The notes below the pieces were generated by a model. It saw only the letters and a program-made list of their open reading frames with translations. It did not search any database and was not told the DNA's origin. From the sequence record DRR723986_4107: 41,376 nt of DNA. One strand, given 5' to 3'. Both the position numbers and the translations under genes were made by a program. Shown piece after piece: positions 11,157 through 19,308 of the stretch (its first letter is position 1; each line of letters starts with the position of its first letter).

Positions 11157-12473
11157 ATGACCCAGATGCCGATCAACATGGATCACCACTGGCTTCCGTT
11201 CACCAACAACCGTCTCTTCCACAAGGAACCGCAGATGTTCGCGCGGGCGGAGGGCGTGCGGTACTGGACGCCCGCGGGGCGGGAAATTCTGGACGGATCG
11301 TCAGGTCTGTTCACCTGTGCAGCGGGGCATGGCCGCAAGGAGATTGCCGAAGCCGTCTACAAGCAGCTTCAGGTTCTGGATTATTCCCCGCACTTCCAGC
11401 GCGCGGCGCCGATCTCCTTCGAACTTGCCGAAGCGCTCAGCGGAATTCTTCCGGAAGGTCTCGACCGCATCTTTTTCGGGTCTTCCGGGTCTGAAGCCGT
11501 CGATTCCGCCATCAAGATCTGCCTTGCCTATCACAAGGCCAAAGGCGAGCCTCAGCGCACCCGTTTTGTTTCGCGGGCCTGGGCCTATCACGGGGTCAAC
11601 CTTGGCGGCACATCGCTGGCGGGCATGGTCAACAACCGGCGGGATTTTTCCGGTGTTACCTGTGACGTTGTTCATATGCGCCACACCTGGAACGAGGATC
11701 AGCGCTTCACGAGAGGGCAACCGCAAGACGGAGCGGGGATTGCCGAAGATCTGGAAGAGATCTGCAAGACCTATGGTGGCGAGACCATTGCCGCGGTCTT
11801 TGTCGAGCCGATTGCCGGCTCTATCGGCACTATCGTGCCTCCCGTCGGGTATTTGCAGAAGCTGCGCGAGATCGCCGATAAATACGGCATTCTGCTCGTG
11901 TTTGACGAAGTCATTACCGGTTTCGGCCGGACGGGCTCGGCCTTCGCGGCACAGGAATTCGGCGTCACACCGGATGTCATGACGATGGCGAAGGCGATTA
12001 CCAACGGCGCGATCCCCATGAGCGCTGTCGCGGTAAAGACGGAAATCCAGAAGGCCGTCATTGATTCCATCACCGCGGATCGGCCTGAACTGATGCACGG
12101 ATATACCTATTCGGCCCACCCGGTTGCCTGCGCCGCAGCTTTGGCAACACTTGGCATCTACAAGACCGAAGGTCTTTTCGAGCGGGCGGCAAGCCTCTCC
12201 TCCACTTTCCTCGATGGTGTTTTCAGTCTTCGCAATCTGCCACATGTCCACGACCTGCGTGGTCACGGCATGATGTCCGGTATTCAGCTGACACCGGGCG
12301 AAACGCCCGGAGCCAAGGGATCTCTGGTGCAGCGGAAGCTTTTCGACGAAGGCCTGCATGTGAAAGCAACCGGCGATGCGCTGATCTTCGCCCCGGCACT
12401 CACCACATCGGAAGAAGATCTCTCGATGATGATCGATGTCCTCCAGAAGGTCTTGGGCAAGGCAGAGCTGTAA
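11157..12473 (+). CDS. Class-III PLP aminotransferase (omega-amino acid / beta-alanine:pyruvate transaminase-like)
   Basis: WLPFTNNR, LDGSSGLF, SGSEAVDSAIK, AYHGVNLGG, FDEVITGFGRTG, AKAITNGAIPM and HGYTYSAHP. Start at ATG 11157 after GAAGGA. Confidence 0.92.
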   Translation: MTQMPINMDHHWLPFTNNRLFHKEPQMFARAEGVRYWTPAGREILDGSSGLFTCAAGHGRKEIAEAVYKQLQVLDYSPHFQRAAPISFELAEALSGILPEGLDRIFFGSSGSEAVDSAIKICLAYHKAKGEPQRTRFVSRAWAYHGVNLGGTSLAGMVNNRRDFSGVTCDVVHMRHTWNEDQRFTRGQPQDGAGIAEDLEEICKTYGGETIAAVFVEPIAGSIGTIVPPVGYLQKLREIADKYGILLVFDEVITGFGRTGSAFAAQEFGVTPDVMTMAKAITNGAIPMSAVAVKTEIQKAVIDSITADRPELMHGYTYSAHPVACAAALATLGIYKTEGLFERAASLSSTFLDGVFSLRNLPHVHDLRGHGMMSGIQLTPGETPGAKGSLVQRKLFDEGLHVKATGDALIFAPALTTSEEDLSMMIDVLQKVLGKAEL

Positions 12474-12490
12474 GCTGCCAGTCGCGGGGT

Positions 12491-12511
12491 ATCCCGGCTT
12501 TGAGCCGGGAT
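12491..12511. terminator. Hairpin between convergent aminotransferase and MocR genes (REP-like, possibly bidirectional terminator)
   Basis: ATCCCGGCT-TTG-AGCCGGGAT, a perfect 9-bp stem in a 40-bp convergent gap. Confidence 0.6.
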
Positions 12512-12513
12512 CG

Positions 12514-13995
12514 CTACCTGCTGTCCGCCAGAAGTTGTCCGAGCAGCTTGATGCCCGGCTCCATCTTTTCTTCAGCAATTGCACCGAAGCCCAGGCGGAT
12601 CCGGTTTCGAGGACTATTCGGGGAGAAATACCGGTCATCTCCTGCCTCGATCAGCAGACCTTGCCGCGCGGCTCTCGATTGCAGTTCCGCAGCGCGGATA
12701 CTCTCCGGTAGCCTGATCCACACGCCTGACCCGCCCGTCGTGACCGTTGCCTGACAGGTCGGCAGATGCGTTTCGATGAGCCTGAAGATCTTCTTCCATT
12801 TCTGCGACAGCACCTTTCGCTGACGTCGGATATGGGAATCGTAGTGGCCCTCCGACAGAAAGATCGCCATCGCCCGCTGGTCGAGTGCTGAGGGGTGCCG
12901 ATACATCAAGCGTCTGAGTGCCCGAAGCTCTCTGATAATGCGCCTGTCCGCAGCGATGAAACCGAGCCGCAATCCCGGAAACAGGGCCTTGGAAAGACTG
13001 GCAACGTGGATGACGCGTCCGGTGCGGTCGAAACTGCGCAAGGACGGTTTCTGTGCGCCGATGAAATTCAGCTCATGCTCATAGTCGTCTTCCAGGACGA
13101 TGAAATCATGTGTTTCAGCATGGGCCAGCAACCGCAGACGCCGCTCCATCGACATGGTGACATTGGTTGGGGACTGATGGCCAGGTGTCACGTAAACAAG
13201 TCGTGCCCCCTTCAGCTCGTCTCCAACCCGCATGCCGTTTGAATCAACCGGGTGATACATCAGCTCTGCCCCAAAGGATTGGAAGATGTTGCGGGTGTCC
13301 ACATAGCCGGGTTCTTCCATGTCCGTCCTGACCCCGGGCCGGCATAAGAGCTGTGCCACCAGGAAGAGGGCATTCTGGGCGCCGACGGTTACCAGAATCT
13401 CGTCCGGCTCTGCCCGGAAGCCCCTTTGCGGCAGCATCCGGCGGATGATCTGGTTGACCAGCATCGGGTCGTCCTGATCGACCAGATCGCCGATCCAGGT
13501 CGGGGCGTGCTGGGCAGTGCCTGCCAACCGGACACAATCGCGCCAGCGCGCGACGGATGTCTTGTCCGGAGCAAGCTGGCCATAGATGAAAGGGTAGGGA
13601 TAGGACTGCCAGTCGGCCGGTTTTGAAATGTTTTCCTGGGCCGCGTAGCTGTAGGTCAGAAAGGCTTGCGGATTGAACGGGTGCTCCGCAGTGGGCAGGA
13701 TGTCCTTGGCGTGATCATCCACCCGGATGTTGAGCTGTTCACGGATGTGCCGTTCGTTGATGAAATACCCGCGCCGGCTGACCGACTTCAGATAACCGTC
13801 CTCAACCAGTCTCTCATAGACGATGGCGACCGTGTTTCTGGACACCTTTATCTCGCTGGAAAAGACACGGGTTGCCGGCAGCGGTTCGTGCAGGGGCCAC
13901 ACGCCGTCCAGAATGGCCTCGATCAGCCGTTCCTGAATCTGGTGCTGCAATCGTCTGCCCGGATCGAAGGGCGTGTCGAAATAGGTCGCAAGCAT
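12514..13995 (-). CDS. MocR/GabR family regulator (GntR wHTH + PLP aminotransferase-like domain), TauR-like
   Basis: LPATR...VSRNTVAIVYERLVEDGY wHTH; EEPGY, YVTPGHQSPT, EDDYEHE and SLSKALFPGLRLGF motifs. Start set at ATG 13995. Confidence 0.92.
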   Translation of the reverse strand: MLATYFDTPFDPGRRLQHQIQERLIEAILDGVWPLHEPLPATRVFSSEIKVSRNTVAIVYERLVEDGYLKSVSRRGYFINERHIREQLNIRVDDHAKDILPTAEHPFNPQAFLTYSYAAQENISKPADWQSYPYPFIYGQLAPDKTSVARWRDCVRLAGTAQHAPTWIGDLVDQDDPMLVNQIIRRMLPQRGFRAEPDEILVTVGAQNALFLVAQLLCRPGVRTDMEEPGYVDTRNIFQSFGAELMYHPVDSNGMRVGDELKGARLVYVTPGHQSPTNVTMSMERRLRLLAHAETHDFIVLEDDYEHELNFIGAQKPSLRSFDRTGRVIHVASLSKALFPGLRLGFIAADRRIIRELRALRRLMYRHPSALDQRAMAIFLSEGHYDSHIRRQRKVLSQKWKKIFRLIETHLPTCQATVTTGGSGVWIRLPESIRAAELQSRAARQGLLIEAGDDRYFSPNSPRNRIRLGFGAIAEEKMEPGIKLLGQLLADSR

Positions 13996-14080
13996 TTGAA
14001 CTTTTTGGTCGTCCCTGAATTCGGTTAGCCCGAAGGCGGCAGTTTGAAGCTGTTTCCCGAACCTGCAAAGCCCGGCAATT

Positions 14081-14116
14081 CCTCTGGCTCCATAGTTTTC
14101 ACTCTCTGGCTCTAAG
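14081..14116 (+). promoter_or_regulatory. Putative MocR/GabR-family operator: two direct repeats
   Basis: CTCTGGCTC at 14082-14090 and 14104-14112 (22-bp period), matching the repeats at 11061-11094. Confidence 0.65.
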
Positions 14117-14256
14117 GGTGAATATTGCACCGCAATATCCTTTCTTGCAACGCGGCGCAGGATCGTCCGGGCAATGCGACCCTTTCCAAAAAAATGCGGC
14201 CTGTAACGCGCCAGAACGAGGAACAGTTTGGTGAGACCAACAGTGAAGGGGAAGTC

Positions 14257-15396
14257 ATGATCAGTTTTAAAAAGGGAACATCCGCAACGCGGCGCGATTT
14301 CCTGAAAACCGCAGCCGCGGCAGGCGCAGGGCTATCCATGCCGGCAATCGTCAGCTCCAGCGTGCTGGCCTCGTCCGGTGAAATCAACATCATGATGTGG
14401 TCGGACTATCTGCCGGAAAGCTTCGTCAACGGCTTTACGGACAAGACCGGCATCAAGATCAACTTCACCGGCATCGGCTCCAACGAAGAGATCATCAACA
14501 AACTGAAGGCCACCAACGGCGAAGGCTTCGACATCGTTTCACCGACCGTGAACCGCAACCTTCTGTGGGCAGAACTTGGCCTGTTGCAGCCGTTCGACAT
14601 GTCGAAGGTCGCGCTCGACAAGGTCAACCCCTCCATGGCGCTTGGCGAAACCCACTGGAACTTCGACGGCAAGGGCGTCTTCTGGCTGCCGCATATCTGG
14701 GGCACGGAAGGCATTGCCTGGCGGACGGACGCCTTTGTTCCGGGCGGCGAATTCCCGAGCTATTACGATGTCTGGGATGAAGCCAACGCCGGCAAGACAA
14801 TGGGGCGTGGACATTCCATGCTGCTTGGCCTCGGTCTCGGCCTTGAAGGTCGCGGCGAACTGGAGCCGGGTTCCATGTGGGCTGCTTACGAGAGCCCGGA
14901 AAAGATGGACGAGATCTGGACCAAGGTCGTTGAGGCCGCCATCGCCAAGAAGCCGAACATCAAATTGATCTGGAACGATGCGGATACCCAGAAGAACGGT
15001 CTCCTGAACGAAGGCGTGATCGTCGGCCAGACCTGGGACGGACCTCCGCTTGCCCTGAAAACGGCTGGTGAGCCGGTCATGTACCGGGCGCCGAAGGAAG
15101 GTGCGATGGCCTGGGTCGATGGGCTTGCCATGCCGACCGGAGCGAAGAACATCGACCAGATCTACGCCTTCATCGAGACGGCTTATGACGCCAAGCTCGC
15201 CGGCGAAGCCATCAAGACCCACGGCTACAATTCACCGGTAATCGGCGCGGCCGAATTCGGCGGCGAAATCTATGCCAAGAACTTTGCCGATGCTTACCCG
15301 GGTGAAGCGCTGGACAGCCTGAACGCCTGGCCGGCGGAAGCCCCCTGGTACTCGGAAAAGCGGACCGAATACACCAACAAGTTCCTGTCCGCCTAA
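14257..15396 (+). CDS. PotD/PotF-like ABC substrate-binding protein with Tat signal peptide
   Basis: TRRDFLK twin-arginine motif, WSDYLP, SNEEIINKLKA, WGTEGIAW and PKEGAMAWVDG; RBS before ATG 14257. Confidence 0.9.
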   Translation: MISFKKGTSATRRDFLKTAAAAGAGLSMPAIVSSSVLASSGEINIMMWSDYLPESFVNGFTDKTGIKINFTGIGSNEEIINKLKATNGEGFDIVSPTVNRNLLWAELGLLQPFDMSKVALDKVNPSMALGETHWNFDGKGVFWLPHIWGTEGIAWRTDAFVPGGEFPSYYDVWDEANAGKTMGRGHSMLLGLGLGLEGRGELEPGSMWAAYESPEKMDEIWTKVVEAAIAKKPNIKLIWNDADTQKNGLLNEGVIVGQTWDGPPLALKTAGEPVMYRAPKEGAMAWVDGLAMPTGAKNIDQIYAFIETAYDAKLAGEAIKTHGYNSPVIGAAEFGGEIYAKNFADAYPGEALDSLNAWPAEAPWYSEKRTEYTNKFLSA

Positions 15397-15417
15397 GGAC
15401 TCTCCGGCTTTCTCAAT

Positions 15418-15462
15418 GGCGGGTGCCGGGCGCAATGCGTCCGGCACCCGGCCGCCCTTTTT
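15418..15462 (+). terminator. Stem-loop with short U tract after PotD-like gene
   Basis: GGGTGCCGGGCGCA...TGCGTCCGGCACCC followed by CCCTTTTT. Confidence 0.55.
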
Positions 15463-15497
15463 CCGTCTCCCTTTCCCGCCGTCCTTCTGAGAGCGCC

Positions 15498-16586
15498 ATG
15501 GCCACAAAAGATATTGTTCTGGATCACGTTTCCATTCGTTTTGGGGCCTATACCGCGGTCGACAATGCACATCTCGTCATCAAGGGCGGCGAGTTCTTCT
15601 CCTTCCTGGGGCCGTCCGGCTGCGGCAAGACCACCTTGCTGCGGTGTATTTCCGGCTTCTCCGATCCGTCCGAAGGTCGTGTGCTGATCGGCGGACAGGA
15701 CATGAAGGGCATCGGCCCGAACAAGCGCCCGACAGCGCTGATCTTCCAGAACCTTGCTCTCTTTCCGCTGATGAGCGTTGCCGACAACATCGCCTTTCCG
15801 CTGGAGGTCCGGGGCATCGGCCGCAAGGACCGGCGCAAGCGGGCAGACGAACTTCTGGACATGATCGCGCTTCCCGGTGTCGGCGACAAAAAGGTGCACG
15901 AACTTTCCGGCGGTCAGCGACAGCGCGTGGCGATTGCCCGTGCGCTGGCGGTCGAGCCGGATATTCTGCTTCTAGACGAGCCGCTGTCCGCGCTCGATCT
16001 GAAGCTGCGCCACCACATGCGCACCGAATTGCGCGCCATCCAGCAGCGCGTCGGGCTGACCTTTATCTATATCACCCACGATCAGGGCGAGGCCTTGACG
16101 ATGTCGGACCGTGTCGCGGTCATGAACTCCGGCGTTATCGAGCAGGTCGACCCGCCGGAAACCATCTACAATCGGCCGAAGACTTCTTTTGTCGCCTCAT
16201 TCGTGGGCGAGACCAATGCCATCGAAGGCAAGGTTGCCCAGCAGTCGGAAGCGCTGGTTTCCGTTGAAACGCCACTCGGCCGCCTGCAGGGAAGGGCAGC
16301 AGGCGGGCGTCAATACAAGGCGGGCGAAGACTGCATCCTGTTCATTCGGCCTGAGCAACTGAGCCTTGGTGATGGCGCCACCAACAGCCTGACAGCAAAC
16401 TGGGTGAAGGAAGAGTTCGAAGGCAATTCGCGGCAGATGTTCCTGGAAGCGAACGGTGTCCAGCTTCGGCTCACCCGGGTCAACCTTGGCGGAGCGCCGG
16501 ACAATCTCTCCGGTGGTGCTGTATCGCTCGGCTTCACGCCTGAGCAGGCAATTGTCCTGCCGCATGGCGCACTTGCGGGAGCGTGA
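15498..16586 (+). CDS. PotA-like ABC ATP-binding protein
   Basis: [35 protein letters not shown] and THDQGEAL motifs; C-terminal TOBE-like region. Confidence 0.95.
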   Translation: MATKDIVLDHVSIRFGAYTAVDNAHLVIKGGEFFSFLGPSGCGKTTLLRCISGFSDPSEGRVLIGGQDMKGIGPNKRPTALIFQNLALFPLMSVADNIAFPLEVRGIGRKDRRKRADELLDMIALPGVGDKKVHELSGGQRQRVAIARALAVEPDILLLDEPLSALDLKLRHHMRTELRAIQQRVGLTFIYITHDQGEALTMSDRVAVMNSGVIEQVDPPETIYNRPKTSFVASFVGETNAIEGKVAQQSEALVSVETPLGRLQGRAAGGRQYKAGEDCILFIRPEQLSLGDGATNSLTANWVKEEFEGNSRQMFLEANGVQLRLTRVNLGGAPDNLSGGAVSLGFTPEQAIVLPHGALAGA

Positions 16587-17512
16587 GGATGAAAGCGCTT
16601 CAAAACGTATTCAGGGAAATTTCCGGCAAGCATGGTCTTGGCGCTGCATCGTTCGTCGCTGTGGCGGTCCTCTTCTGGGTCATCTGCCTGATCACGCTGC
16701 CGCAGGTGGCAATGCTTGACTATTCCTTCCGGTTCAACCTGCCGGCAGCTGATGTCGGTGGACCGCAAGATGTCTATACTCTTGAAAACTACTCTTATTT
16801 TTTCCAAGGCAACGACGGCACGGTCAACACGCTCGATATCGGTATCCTGTTCAAGACCCTGATCGCCGCGGTGTTCGTCACCTGTATCGACATTCTTCTG
16901 TGCTACCCGATCGCCTTCATTCTCGCTCATTCGGCCACTGGCGTGGCGGCGCGGATGATGGTCATCGGCCTGATCGTGCCTTTCTGGGTCAACGAGATCC
17001 TGCGTGCCTTTGCCTTCCGTGTCCTGTTCGGCTCCACGGGTCTCATCAACGGCATCGGCATGTCGATGGGACTGTGGGATCAGCCCGTCGATTTCATCCG
17101 GGCTGACGTCGCTCTCTATTCCGGGCTGACCTACGCCTACATCCTTCTGATGGTGTTCCCGATCTTCAACGCTGTCGAGGCGCTTGACCGCAACCAGATC
17201 GAAGCGGCACGGGACATGGGCGCAAGCTGGTGGCGGGTGCATTGGCGGGTGGTGCTGCCGATTGCCAAGCCGGGCATCGCCTCCGGGGCAACCATGGTGT
17301 TCATGCTGACGGCAGGTGCGCTTGCAGCACCCCAGATCCTCGGCGGTCCTTCCAATCTCTGGTTCACCCAGCTCATCTACCAGTGGTTCAACGAGAGCGC
17401 CAACTGGCAACGCGGTTCGGCCTATGCGGTGATCCTGCTGATTATCTGCATCTCCTTGGTCATGATGCTGATGCGGATCTTCAAGGTCTCCATCGGGGAG
17501 ATCGGCCGATGA
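16583..17512 (+). CDS. PotB-like ABC permease
   Basis: Multiple TM segments and EAA loop (EAARDMGASWWRVHWRVVLP); GTGA overlap with the upstream gene. Confidence 0.92.
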   Translation: MRMKALQNVFREISGKHGLGAASFVAVAVLFWVICLITLPQVAMLDYSFRFNLPAADVGGPQDVYTLENYSYFFQGNDGTVNTLDIGILFKTLIAAVFVTCIDILLCYPIAFILAHSATGVAARMMVIGLIVPFWVNEILRAFAFRVLFGSTGLINGIGMSMGLWDQPVDFIRADVALYSGLTYAYILLMVFPIFNAVEALDRNQIEAARDMGASWWRVHWRVVLPIAKPGIASGATMVFMLTAGALAAPQILGGPSNLWFTQLIYQWFNESANWQRGSAYAVILLIICISLVMMLMRIFKVSIGEIGR

Positions 17513-18660
17513 ACCGGGGCACAGGCGGCGGCGTGGTCGCGGCAGGCTTCTCCCTGCTTTTCTTCACCTTCCTGTTCGGGCCGCTGATCATCATGGTGAT
17601 CACGGCGTTCAATTCATCCTCCTTCCCACGGATCACGCCATGGGAATGCTTCACGACGGATTGGTTTGGCGTCCTCTTCGCCAATGACCGTCTTATGAGC
17701 GGGCTGGCCAACAGCTTGGTGATCGCCATCAGTGTGGTGGTCATTGCCGTGCCGATCGGGCTGGCGGGAGCGCTTGCGCTATCGGAGCTCGGACCGCGCC
17801 TGCGTGCGGTGCTCTACACGGTGCTGATCACGCCTATCCTCATTCCAGGCGTCGTTCTCGGCATCTCGACCATTGTCTTCTGGGGCGCTTTCGGCAGGTC
17901 CGTCGGGGCGGACTACGGTTCGATCTTCTACAACGGCATGTTTCTGACACTTGCCGGTCAGGTCACCTTCATTTCCGCCTATGCGATGCTGGTGTTTCTC
18001 GCAAGACTGCAGCGCTTCGACCCGATCCTGACGGAAGCCGCGCTCGATCTCGGCGCGACGCCGGGACAGGCCTTCCGCAAGATCCTGTTGCCGTTCCTGT
18101 GGCCGGCCATCGGCTCTGCCGCGTTCCTGACCTTCCTGGCGTCCTTCGAGAACTACAACACCACCGTCTTCACGATCCTCTCCGGCAATACGTTCACCAC
18201 GGCACTGGCTTCCAAGGTCCGTCATGGGACAGACCCTTCCTTGTCGGCGCTGGCGGTCATCATCATCGGCATTACGCTGATCGGGGCAGTGGTCCACGAA
18301 GCCCACATGCGGCGGAAGGAAGTGATGCGGACCGGCACTGCTGCGCGTTCCCGCATTTACGGCAATCCGGTTCTGCGAACGCTCGTCCACCCGCTGACGA
18401 TCTTCGTGATCCTTCTGGGTGTTGCAGGCTTTGCCACCTATCAGGGTTCGCAGCACGATGCTGGCGTTTGCAAACAGCAGATCCTCGATGACAAGCGCGC
18501 GCGTCAGCAGGAACTTCTGGAGGAACAGCGCCGGAAGATGGAAGCGCAACAGCAGAACCAGGCACCTGCGTCCACTACGCCGGTTGAAGCGCCGGTGAAA
18601 GCCAATCCGTCGCCCTTCGGCGGGGCCTTCAAGCCCAATGGTTTGAAACCAGGCGAGTAA
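17509..18660 (+). CDS. PotC-like ABC permease with C-terminal extension
   Basis: EAALDLGATPGQAFRKILLP EAA loop and SFENYNTT; ATGA overlap at 17509; 383 aa including an extra TM and a charged, Q/P-rich tail. Confidence 0.9.
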   Translation: MNRGTGGGVVAAGFSLLFFTFLFGPLIIMVITAFNSSSFPRITPWECFTTDWFGVLFANDRLMSGLANSLVIAISVVVIAVPIGLAGALALSELGPRLRAVLYTVLITPILIPGVVLGISTIVFWGAFGRSVGADYGSIFYNGMFLTLAGQVTFISAYAMLVFLARLQRFDPILTEAALDLGATPGQAFRKILLPFLWPAIGSAAFLTFLASFENYNTTVFTILSGNTFTTALASKVRHGTDPSLSALAVIIIGITLIGAVVHEAHMRRKEVMRTGTAARSRIYGNPVLRTLVHPLTIFVILLGVAGFATYQGSQHDAGVCKQQILDDKRARQQELLEEQRRKMEAQQQNQAPASTTPVEAPVKANPSPFGGAFKPNGLKPGE

Positions 18661-18682
18661 CAAGCGAACAGAAGCGTGCCGT

Positions 18683-19222
18683 CTATTGTCCGGAAAGCCG
18701 GGACAGCAGCACGGCAACGCTTTTGACCTGAAACTTCTTCAACAGCCGCGCGCGCACATCCTCAACGGTTCTTGGAGACAGGCTCAGGACACGGCCCATT
18801 TCCTTGCTGGTCTGTCCCTGGGAAAGAAGCAGCAGGACGTCTCGTTCGCGCGGTGTCAGCTTCGGCCCGGCAGCAGCATTGTCGATCAGGGCGAAACTCA
18901 GGACGATCCGTGCCAGCGGTGTTTCCGGCGTCAGCGTTCGCGCCCGAAACCGGCACCAGATTGGCGTTCCATCGGACCGGCGCATCAACCGCTCGTCCGT
19001 GTAGGGCAGGGACCGTCGCAAGGGCTCCAGGCCAATGTCGCGGATCTGGTGAAATTCCTGATCCGTGCCGTAGAGCAGCCGGAAACTCTGCCCGATCAGC
19101 TGAAACTTCTTGAACCCGAACATCTCAACGAATGTCTGATTGCAGGCACGAATGATCCGGTTTTCGGTCAGCGCCAAACCCATGGGCGCGTTTTCGAAGG
19201 CCAGTTGGTCGAGGTCTGTCAT
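18683..19222 (-). CDS. PAS domain + LuxR-type HTH transcriptional regulator
   Basis: PAS (FENAPMGL...CNQTFVEMFG...LIGQSFRLLY) plus LTPRERDVLLLLSQGQTSKEMGRVLSLSPRTVE LuxR HTH; ATG at 19222. Confidence 0.9.
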   Translation of the reverse strand: MTDLDQLAFENAPMGLALTENRIIRACNQTFVEMFGFKKFQLIGQSFRLLYGTDQEFHQIRDIGLEPLRRSLPYTDERLMRRSDGTPIWCRFRARTLTPETPLARIVLSFALIDNAAAGPKLTPRERDVLLLLSQGQTSKEMGRVLSLSPRTVEDVRARLLKKFQVKSVAVLLSRLSGQ

Positions 19223-19236
19223 GTTCCACCGTGTTC

Positions 19237-19265
19237 CTACGGTATTGGCACCGTAGTTTGACGGT
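19237..19265. promoter_or_regulatory. Putative LuxR-family operator (overlapping inverted repeats)
   Basis: CTACGGT-N6-ACCGTAG (19237-19256) overlapping ACCGT-N6-ACGGT (19250-19265), in the short divergent intergenic region. Confidence 0.55.
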
Positions 19266-19308
19266 AGCATAGTTCTCGTTGCTTTTACCAAGGGGAGGCT
19301 GAGACGGG

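Noticed and set aside
13996..14256. Overlapping N-terminal extensions of MocR (to 14130) and the SBP (from 14125)
   Set aside because: The extensions would cover the operator repeats. The Tat signal and wHTH begin at 14257 and 13995.
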